DNA of 38,079 bases from a virus (taxonomy: Duplodnaviria; Caudoviricetes), in the IMG/VR virus record IMGVR_UViG_3300004240_000023, positions 1-38,079 of that record; one strand, 5' to 3'. Shown here one piece after another: positions 26,350 to 34,015 of this stretch (positions within the stretch are counted from its first letter, which is position 1; each line of letters opens with the position of its first letter). The notes beneath the pieces are model-generated. The model was not told the origin of the DNA. It did not search any database and worked only from the letters and a program-made list of their open reading frames with translations. The position numbers and the translations under genes were made by a program.

Positions 26350-28455
26350 ATGCCAACAACACTTTCCGAATCACAGCAATATAAAGCGCTACAAGGTCAA
26401 TTCAATATTGATGAAGCGCAAGGCGTAGTTGAATGCTTCGTCGCAGGCATCGGGAACAAGGACTCCGTAGGCGACATCATCGTGCCCGGAGCATTTACGG
26501 AGAGTCTCAAGCGACGCAAACCTCGCGTTGTATGGGGTCACAACTGGAATGAACCAATTGGCAAAGTACTTGAAATGTACGAAGTACCGCCATCAGACCC
26601 CCGCCTACCGATCAAGATGCGAGCCGCCGGTATTGGCGGTCTCTACGCCAAAGTTCAATTTAACTTGAAATCCGAACGAGGACGTCAGGCTTTCGCCGAT
26701 GTTGCGTTCTTCGGAGAAGAGCAAGAGTGGAGCATCGGATACAAAACATTAGATGCAGATTTTGATCCACAGCGTCAAGCAAATGTTCTCAAAAAAGTAG
26801 AACTGTACGAGGCAAGCCCTGTGCTTCATGGTGCTAACCAACTGACAGGAACAATCTCAATTAAGTCTGTTGAATCACACGACGGCACAGAAGCAAAAAT
26901 GCATATGCGTGACGAGAATGGCAAACTGACAGAACAGGGTCGCTCCCTCCTAATGCGAATTCTTGCAAATGCTCAACAGCAGAAACCTCGTGAAGAGGAA
27001 GAAGACGATGATGACGCAATTGACGCACCAATGCCAGAAAAAGGTCGCAAAGAAAACCTGCCCCTTGCGCTAGCAAAAAAATTCGGTGGAGCAGTTCGTG
27101 TAAGAGAATCTGACGCAAACAGCGTAATATTTGACCACAGGGGAAACCATGAAGGCATTATTACTATGCGCGTTTCCTACCATTTTGAAAATGGTCAATT
27201 CATGTTCGGAGATGCAACACGCGTAAAGCCCCAAATTGTATACATCAACGACGATGGTGATACACCTAGCGGTTCCGACGGTGAAAGACGCTATGAAGAT
27301 CGCTACCGAATGGATGAAGACCCACAAGTACCAGCAGGCGTAAAACCAAAGTCACCCGAAAAGGCTGACCCACTTGGCGGAATCATCCCTCAGGAAATTG
27401 TGACGGCACGAACCCGTGGATACGGTCCACGCCGAGGGAACCTTGAAAAGTTGTTGCGTTACTGGCGCCCAATCATGCGCAAACCGGGCGGGTTTCGTCG
27501 CTGTCGCGTAATTCTCGCCAACCACCCCGAGTTGTTCCCTCTTAGCAATATCTGTGCGTGGCTACACCATGAAACAACTGGTCTCTGGCCGAACGAAGGG
27601 TGCCATCACCCCGGTATGAAAAATTGCCGCGGGAAATTGCGTAAACAAAATTGGGACGACTCTCAATTCAACGAGCGACTATCACGCTTGATCAAACCCG
27701 GAAAATCCCTTGAATCCCTTGATGAGCAGGAAATCAAGTCAATCTTTGACTTCCTAGATAGCGAAGAAAAAGGTTATGAAATGATGGAGCAACTCGCTAA
27801 TCGCCTTGCCGAAGAAGATCAGCCCAAGGGTGAGCAAGAAATGCAACTTGAAGACGTTGAGTTTGAAAACGAAGATGAAGGCAACGAGAAGGCTTATGAG
27901 GCTCTCAAAGAGTTTATGAACGCTGAGCCGGACTTCATCAATTATATGGCTGACAAAGACAACTGGGTCATGGAGGGCGAAGATGACAATGGGTCGGTTG
28001 TTGAAATGCCATACAACCGAGGCTCAGACGATGACGACTGCGGATGCGGTGGCGGTGGCAAAAACCCAAAACAAATGATCGGGATGCTCATGGCGGCGAT
28101 ATCCGAAATGATGGGCAAAGACGCCGAGCAGGACATTGAAGTCAAGGCTGGTCGCGTAATCAATTCACGAAATATGGCGAAACTACAGAACGCTTTCAAT
28201 CTTCTCAAAGAAGTGCTGAACGCTGGCGGTGCGGTTTCCGATATTGAAGCCAAATCTCTTGCTCCTAACGAAAAAGAAACACTTCTCATTTCGTCTCCAG
28301 AGCGTTCACTTTATGAGGTGAAAGAACTCTTGGATCCGATTTTGGATTACTACCAAATCAAATCTGAAGTCACGGAAGAAGGTGTGCAGGTTGAAATCGG
28401 TGATGTTGAAGAAGACGCTTTTGAAGCACTACTTAACATCATGGACACAATGTAA
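26350..28455 (+). CDS. HK97-family prohead protease with long multidomain C-terminal extension
   Basis: DSVGDIIVPGAF, WGHNWNEPIGK (His), WSIGY (Ser), LYEASPV; KAGRVINSRN motif late in the protein. Confidence 0.93.
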   Translation: MPTTLSESQQYKALQGQFNIDEAQGVVECFVAGIGNKDSVGDIIVPGAFTESLKRRKPRVVWGHNWNEPIGKVLEMYEVPPSDPRLPIKMRAAGIGGLYAKVQFNLKSERGRQAFADVAFFGEEQEWSIGYKTLDADFDPQRQANVLKKVELYEASPVLHGANQLTGTISIKSVESHDGTEAKMHMRDENGKLTEQGRSLLMRILANAQQQKPREEEEDDDDAIDAPMPEKGRKENLPLALAKKFGGAVRVRESDANSVIFDHRGNHEGIITMRVSYHFENGQFMFGDATRVKPQIVYINDDGDTPSGSDGERRYEDRYRMDEDPQVPAGVKPKSPEKADPLGGIIPQEIVTARTRGYGPRRGNLEKLLRYWRPIMRKPGGFRRCRVILANHPELFPLSNICAWLHHETTGLWPNEGCHHPGMKNCRGKLRKQNWDDSQFNERLSRLIKPGKSLESLDEQEIKSIFDFLDSEEKGYEMMEQLANRLAEEDQPKGEQEMQLEDVEFENEDEGNEKAYEALKEFMNAEPDFINYMADKDNWVMEGEDDNGSVVEMPYNRGSDDDDCGCGGGGKNPKQMIGMLMAAISEMMGKDAEQDIEVKAGRVINSRNMAKLQNAFNLLKEVLNAGGAVSDIEAKSLAPNEKETLLISSPERSLYEVKELLDPILDYYQIKSEVTEEGVQVEIGDVEEDAFEALLNIMDTM

Positions 28456-28509
28456 ATAATCAAACTATTTTTGTGTTGGTTTCAGTTGTAACAAAAACAA
28501 AAGACTAAT

Positions 28510-30003
28510 ATGAGTTATACTTCAATAACAGGTTTACCACAAAAAACAGCAAAGTATCAGTGTTTGATGTCAGGCGAAAAACGCTTGACACCTTGCTCTG
28601 TTTGCTCTAATCCATCAAAGTGCATTGCCAAAACAATGCACTACAAGGAGTCCACGAACATGGCTAGCGAAACACCGACAGTGAAACTTTTAGCAGACGG
28701 CGGAATTGAGTGCGCTAAAGGTCTAGAACTTAAAGACTGTGGCTACAAGCCCGGTGCAAAAGTTTGTGGCAAGTGTGGAGCAAAGGCTGTCACGCAAACA
28801 GAAGAAGCAGTTCCTACTGACGCCGCACCAGAAGTTGCCGCGCCAAGAGCAGGAGAAAAATCAGAATGGGTCACCGCTGCTGATGAAAAAGGTGCAAAGT
28901 TGGAGGAAGACATTGCAATGATGGATGAAGAGACACCAACCCCTGTCGCTAAAAAGAAAAAGAAGCCAGCCGAAGTTGTTGAAATGATGGAGGCTGACGA
29001 AGAAGAAGACGACATGCCAGAAGATCTTGACGACGACGAAGAAAAAATGTATGCCGAAATTGAAAAAATGATGGAACAAAGGAAAAAGGCTCGTGCTAAG
29101 CGCATGGAGACAATGGGAGTCAAGTCGGCAGACTACGACGATCTTGCTTTTGTCTGCGCAATTGAACGACGTGTTTATGCTGGCGGTTCAGAAATATGCG
29201 CATCATGCCCAGGTGGTTGCGAACAGCAAGACACAATGCCAAGTCTTCTTGAAATTGAAGGTATGGCTGAAAGCATGTTCGCAGGAAAAGTTTTGGACTC
29301 TGGCTACGCAGACGAAGTAGATATTTTCGTTGTAGATGTTCAACGCAAAGATGGAAAACCAGTTGAAGCGTACTTTGATGGATCAAGTGGTGAATGCATG
29401 GGCTGGCACCTTCTCAACGAAGACCTCATTGGTGAAGTAGCAACCATCCCCGGACAAAAAGTAATTTCGTTCAGTGAAGCATCTTCAATCGCAACAAAGT
29501 CAATTGAAGGCGAAGTTGTTTCCGTTGATGCAGACATGTTTGACGGTTACGACGCCTACGCTGTAGAGATTGAAGGCTTGGATGGAAAGTCTTACGATGT
29601 CTATGTCGGAGTGGACGGAGAAATCCTCGGCTTTGACGAATACGATCCTGAAGAAGCCGCTGACATTGACGAAGAAGTAGCCGACATTGCTTTGAAAGCC
29701 ATGTACAGCGAAGATGAGCGCATGGAAATGGCTAAGGGTGGAATGGCTCTACCTGATGGATCATACCCAATCAAGGATGAAGAAGACCTCAAGAACGCCA
29801 TCATGGCTTATGGTCGCGCGAAAGACAAGACCAAGGCAAAGGCGCATATCAAGAAGCGTGCGATGGATCTTGGTAAAGAAGACATGATTCCAGAAGAGTG
29901 GGATGCTGAAGAAAAAGTTCTTCTTGACGATGAAGCAAAAGAGTTCTTGAGCAGTCTGATGGAACTTGAAATGCTTGAAATTGAAACAGGTCTTGACAAG
30001 TGA
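28510..30003 (+). CDS. Acidic head-associated protein: Cys4 motifs, two PepSY-like repeats, ALPDGSYPI domain
   Basis: ISFSEASSIATKSIEGEVVSVD...YAVEI...DGKSYDVYVGVDGEIL fits PepSY; alternative start ATG 28660 has AAGGAG. Confidence 0.8.
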   Translation: MSYTSITGLPQKTAKYQCLMSGEKRLTPCSVCSNPSKCIAKTMHYKESTNMASETPTVKLLADGGIECAKGLELKDCGYKPGAKVCGKCGAKAVTQTEEAVPTDAAPEVAAPRAGEKSEWVTAADEKGAKLEEDIAMMDEETPTPVAKKKKKPAEVVEMMEADEEEDDMPEDLDDDEEKMYAEIEKMMEQRKKARAKRMETMGVKSADYDDLAFVCAIERRVYAGGSEICASCPGGCEQQDTMPSLLEIEGMAESMFAGKVLDSGYADEVDIFVVDVQRKDGKPVEAYFDGSSGECMGWHLLNEDLIGEVATIPGQKVISFSEASSIATKSIEGEVVSVDADMFDGYDAYAVEIEGLDGKSYDVYVGVDGEILGFDEYDPEEAADIDEEVADIALKAMYSEDERMEMAKGGMALPDGSYPIKDEEDLKNAIMAYGRAKDKTKAKAHIKKRAMDLGKEDMIPEEWDAEEKVLLDDEAKEFLSSLMELEMLEIETGLDK

Positions 30004-30278
30004 AAAAGAAAAATCAGATTAACGACTCGGTCAGTACCTCTGGCTTAGTTTACGACACAAAAGAGGAGGCACAACCAACACCAGCAGTTGTTCAGGTTGA
30101 TGCTCCCGCTGTCGTTGTCGTTGAAACCAAAGAGGAACCTGTTGTTGAAGTTGTTGAAGAAGAAGTTGTTGTAGAGAAAAAAGTGGAACCAAAGAAGGCT
30201 TCTAGAAAAGCAGTAGAGGATGACGATGTTGTTCCACTTTCATCAATTACAAAAGCGACAGAAACCAGTAAAGAATAG
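30000..30278 (+). CDS. Hypothetical Glu/Val/Lys-rich protein
   Basis: GTGA overlap with upstream stop; low complexity. Confidence 0.65.
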   Translation: MKKKNQINDSVSTSGLVYDTKEEAQPTPAVVQVDAPAVVVVETKEEPVVEVVEEEVVVEKKVEPKKASRKAVEDDDVVPLSSITKATETSKE

Positions 30279-30290
30279 TTGGAGGAGACG

Positions 30291-31967
30291 ATGACTAAAT
30301 CGTCTCGCGCCTTTGACGCCAACGAAAGGGTCGCACAGTATCTTGATTCTGTTGCAACCGTTCAAGCGAACGTTCTTTTATTTAAAGGCTTTCTAGGTCC
30401 AACAATCAAGGACAAACCCGAATTGGGTTCTGTCGGTGCACGCGCAGCCCGAGCCGCTGGCGTAGTAGTTGACGCCTCAGGGAAACTTCGTTGCCCACCG
30501 GGGACACCTAACGCCAACCAATTTACCGACATGCAAATGTCCAACTGTTTAGTTCCTAGTGCCGAAACGGCAGCGCGTGGAGCGGCTTCTATGGCAGGGA
30601 AACTTATTGATGGTGCCAAAGGCATATTAAAAAGCGAAAACGTAAGAAACGGCGCAAAAGCAACAGCACTCTTGGCTTTACAAACATTGGATTACATGCA
30701 TGTAGACGGTTCAGGTTCCCTTACTGATTCCACACTCATGAGCGCGATGCTATTGAGGGCAGGTGGGGCGCAACTGTTGGATTTTGCTTCTGATTCGCTC
30801 CATAAACGAGGCAAAATATCTGACAAGAAAAAAGAACAGTTGGAAGCGGTTGCATCAAAACTCAAAAAAGATGCTGCGGTTGACGCAAGAAACTTTGTAC
30901 TAGCAAGCCTGAAAAAGCGTAAAGATAAAAAAGAAAAAGAAAAAGAACTTGATGATGTACGCACCCCTACAGATGACATCGCTGAGGCAAAGGAAACTGG
31001 AAGACCATTGAAGATGCTTCTAGTTGGGACTTTCCCGAGTTCGGTACAAGATAAGTATGATCGTTCGTTGCCATTAATCCAAGATCCAAATACACCAGAC
31101 AGCGAAGTAACAGATCTTATGGACGCTTACGCAAAAATAGCAACAACTGAATACGGAAATCTAGGTTTCAATTCAGATGAAACAAAAATAATTGTTGAAG
31201 CCCAAGTTGATTTACTCAGACATAAAAGATGGCAAGCACAAACTAGAGCCGGAAACGTCACCGCCTTTGATGAAAATTTTAGTGAAGAGCGTCGTTTGCA
31301 AACAGCAAAAGAAACCATAGAAAACTCGCGGGTGACAATTGCTGTACAACCTGATGTTTTAGACAAAATACTTGAATCTGGTCGTTTCAAATCGCAGTTT
31401 GAAACAGGTACATCTATGGGCACTTTGGATTTTGGTCAACGCGCACAATCAGAGGCTGTTCAGTTGGGGTACCACCCAAGTGTTGAACCCTCAAAGCGTC
31501 CTATTTACGGATATCTCACTCAAAATGGACAGATTGACCGTAATTCGTTGACCGAAGTCAGAATGTATGGTGCCGTTCAGTTAATGATGAAAAAAGATAT
31601 TGAGTCACGTTCAACATATACGGGAGGAGACAGTCTTGGAAGACCCACCTACAAACCAGCACCAATTGGCACACCAAGCGCAGATGCGGTTTGGAGCCCA
31701 CACAAAATTGAATACGCCGAAGCACAATTACACGGAGGTGTATCCGTAGGAGATGTTGAACTTGCCGTTATAGCAGTTGACGACAATGACCCATTCGGCA
31801 ACAGCGTTACTGAAAAAGACTTTGAAAGCATCAGAGAAAAACTTGAAAAAGCGGGTATCCGTGTTGAACCTGTAAGAAAAAATCAAAAGTTTGATGTGCA
31901 GTCGGGGACAATCATGGATGTCGTAAAAACAGAACAACAATTAAGAGAGGAACAATCAGTTGTATGA
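30291..31967 (+). CDS. RCP-motif protein with C-terminal DUF3626-like (ADP-ribosyltransferase-like) domain
   Basis: GGAGGAG SD before ATG 30291; GRFKSQFETGTS, RPIYGYL, YG, YAEAQLHGGV motifs recalled for DUF3626. Confidence 0.75.
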   Translation: MTKSSRAFDANERVAQYLDSVATVQANVLLFKGFLGPTIKDKPELGSVGARAARAAGVVVDASGKLRCPPGTPNANQFTDMQMSNCLVPSAETAARGAASMAGKLIDGAKGILKSENVRNGAKATALLALQTLDYMHVDGSGSLTDSTLMSAMLLRAGGAQLLDFASDSLHKRGKISDKKKEQLEAVASKLKKDAAVDARNFVLASLKKRKDKKEKEKELDDVRTPTDDIAEAKETGRPLKMLLVGTFPSSVQDKYDRSLPLIQDPNTPDSEVTDLMDAYAKIATTEYGNLGFNSDETKIIVEAQVDLLRHKRWQAQTRAGNVTAFDENFSEERRLQTAKETIENSRVTIAVQPDVLDKILESGRFKSQFETGTSMGTLDFGQRAQSEAVQLGYHPSVEPSKRPIYGYLTQNGQIDRNSLTEVRMYGAVQLMMKKDIESRSTYTGGDSLGRPTYKPAPIGTPSADAVWSPHKIEYAEAQLHGGVSVGDVELAVIAVDDNDPFGNSVTEKDFESIREKLEKAGIRVEPVRKNQKFDVQSGTIMDVVKTEQQLREEQSVV

Positions 31968-32164
31968 AAAATCAACATTTAGCCAACGTGCAACACATAG
32001 CCAACAGAGGCAAAGATAAACTTTTTTACACTCATGACAGCCCTGTGGAGGGTGTGTCTAGGCGAATGGGTTTCATACAAATGGCAAACGGCGTTCATAT
32101 GGAAGTCATGATTGACTCGGTTCTTTCCCGAGGATATTGGGAGACAGTAAAACAAAACGACTAA
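31964..32164 (+). CDS. Small protein coupled to the ART-like gene (candidate immunity)
   Basis: ATGA overlap; 66 aa; function inferred from position only. Confidence 0.6.
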   Translation: MKNQHLANVQHIANRGKDKLFYTHDSPVEGVSRRMGFIQMANGVHMEVMIDSVLSRGYWETVKQND

Positions 32165-32205
32165 AACCGTCGGCTAATACACAAATATTCAGGAAGGCAT
32201 CAACC

Positions 32206-32214
32206 TGATATTCT
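32206..32214 (+). promoter_or_regulatory. Extended -10 TGATATTCT
   Basis: TGn-TANNNT in the intergenic gap before 32291. Confidence 0.35.
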
Positions 32215-32290
32215 TTAGATAGCGGGTTGGTGCCCAGTATGCAATGGGAAAATCCCTGCCAGATCAATTAGCACCTAAAGAATTGACAAA

Positions 32291-34015
32291 ATGACCAATT
32301 ACCTCAACCAAGACTTTGAGCATTTCGCAAGGAAACTCCGCATGTCCATGCGAGAGAAAACGTTGATGAAGCGAACCAACCTTGTTTCAGGTGATGAATT
32401 GTACTTCAACCCCGAAAATGTGAAAGCACGTTTTATTTTCACTAGCGGATCAGATTTGCGTAAAGCGCCATTAAACGGCAGTAGGGCTTTGCTCAACTTC
32501 AAAGCAAAACTTTATATGAAGGCTCGTATTTCTAAATTGGGTGCCGAAACATTTATCGGTGATGAAACAAAACGTGGCGGTTTAGGAAAATGGTTTGAAG
32601 AAGAGTGGGTTGATATATCTCGCCCTAAAAAGGGTGGCGGGTTTGAGCCGTGTGGGCGGAATGATGCCGACTCTGGCAAGTATCCAAAGTGTGTAAAGAA
32701 ATCAACCGCGATGAGAATGACAGCAGAGGAGATTGATTCGGCTGTGCGCCGAAAGCGCCGAGCAGAAACATCGGAGAGCCGTGACGAAAATAAGCCAATC
32801 AATGTGTCCACATTTAAAGCAGACGAAGCAGATTCGGTAAAGGGTGTAAATATTCCTACTGACCCCGAATTGTATGCGCGAGTAAAAGCAGAGGCAAAGA
32901 AAAAATTTGCTGTATACCCATCTGCTTATGCAAATGCTTGGCTTGTTCGCGAATATAAAAAGCGTGGTGGTGGATACCGCACAGGAAAACAAAACGAATC
33001 AGAAGATATTGACATCAAAGCAGGAACTATTGGTGCAAGTTCGGGAATAGGTCGCGCCATTCAAGGAATTGGATCAACTCTTACACCCGGGAATATCTCC
33101 CCTATCACCTCCCCCATTCGTTCACGTATTTATGGTGCGCTAGTACCGGGTGGCGGTGGCGGAGCGTTGAGCCGTCTTAAGCCAAACCGCAAACGTCAAG
33201 CAAGATGTCCTGCTGGCTTTGAATTTGGCGGAAGATTCACAGACAACCGTTTTTCTACATGTGGAGCACAACTTTTTGAAATACCGGGTCCGCTAGCGCT
33301 CGCTGCTCGCGCGATACGAGCCACAACGGCACCAAAACTTCCACAAGCAAGAGCAGAAAATCTTTCAGAAGTATTAGAAGGCTCACCAACAAGTGCGCGG
33401 ACAATACAAATTCAGCGCATGGCGCAAATCCCACGAACAGGCGCATTTCAGAAAGATAAATTCAATCGCTCGGTAGGGGAATCAATAAAACTTCTTAAAG
33501 GCGCACCCGCTGGTGAAGGAAGAATGATTCGCCGAGATGGTGTTGTACTGCGACCAGTTGTTCCGTCATCTGTTCTACGTTCATTCAGCGAAAACCCCGA
33601 CATGGTTGACGGCGCAATGGTTCGCGCTATTCAACTACCAGCAGATATTGGCGCAGATGATTTAGCGCTTCTCGGCGGTCCGTCAATGAGCAAGATTGCA
33701 TTCGTTGCTCCCAATGGTGTGACTGTAAGCATTGAACGATCTCGCCCATTTACGATCGGTGAAAAACGCAAATTCCCACGCATGATTAACTCGCTAGCAG
33801 AATCAAGCAATAAAGACAACATCATCAAAAATGTAGAAGACTTTGCTAAAGCATCTGAAGGTGCTTTCAAATTCTCGGTTGACACCGCAAACATTCCCGA
33901 CGCTCTTCAACTTGTTGAATACACAGGTTTGGATGGTGTGAAACGCGAGGCTCCCCGCTGGCTGTATGAAACATTCATCAAACCAGATCTTGCCAAGGAA
34001 AGAAAGAAAAAATAA
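32291..34015 (+). CDS. Multidomain RCP-motif protein with DUF5872-like modules
   Basis: GLGKWFEEEWVD..PCGR..YPKC and PTDPELYARVKAEAKKKFAVYPSAYAN..VREYKKRGG; RCPAGFEFGGRFTD. Confidence 0.75.
   Translation: MTNYLNQDFEHFARKLRMSMREKTLMKRTNLVSGDELYFNPENVKARFIFTSGSDLRKAPLNGSRALLNFKAKLYMKARISKLGAETFIGDETKRGGLGKWFEEEWVDISRPKKGGGFEPCGRNDADSGKYPKCVKKSTAMRMTAEEIDSAVRRKRRAETSESRDENKPINVSTFKADEADSVKGVNIPTDPELYARVKAEAKKKFAVYPSAYANAWLVREYKKRGGGYRTGKQNESEDIDIKAGTIGASSGIGRAIQGIGSTLTPGNISPITSPIRSRIYGALVPGGGGGALSRLKPNRKRQARCPAGFEFGGRFTDNRFSTCGAQLFEIPGPLALAARAIRATTAPKLPQARAENLSEVLEGSPTSARTIQIQRMAQIPRTGAFQKDKFNRSVGESIKLLKGAPAGEGRMIRRDGVVLRPVVPSSVLRSFSENPDMVDGAMVRAIQLPADIGADDLALLGGPSMSKIAFVAPNGVTVSIERSRPFTIGEKRKFPRMINSLAESSNKDNIIKNVEDFAKASEGAFKFSVDTANIPDALQLVEYTGLDGVKREAPRWLYETFIKPDLAKERKKK

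Noticed and set aside
32165-32290. Possible structured ncRNA or riboswitch in the intergenic gap
   Set aside because: Only 3-5 bp stems (TCAGG/CCTGA, CCCA/TGGG, GGTGC/GCACC) and no family I can recognise
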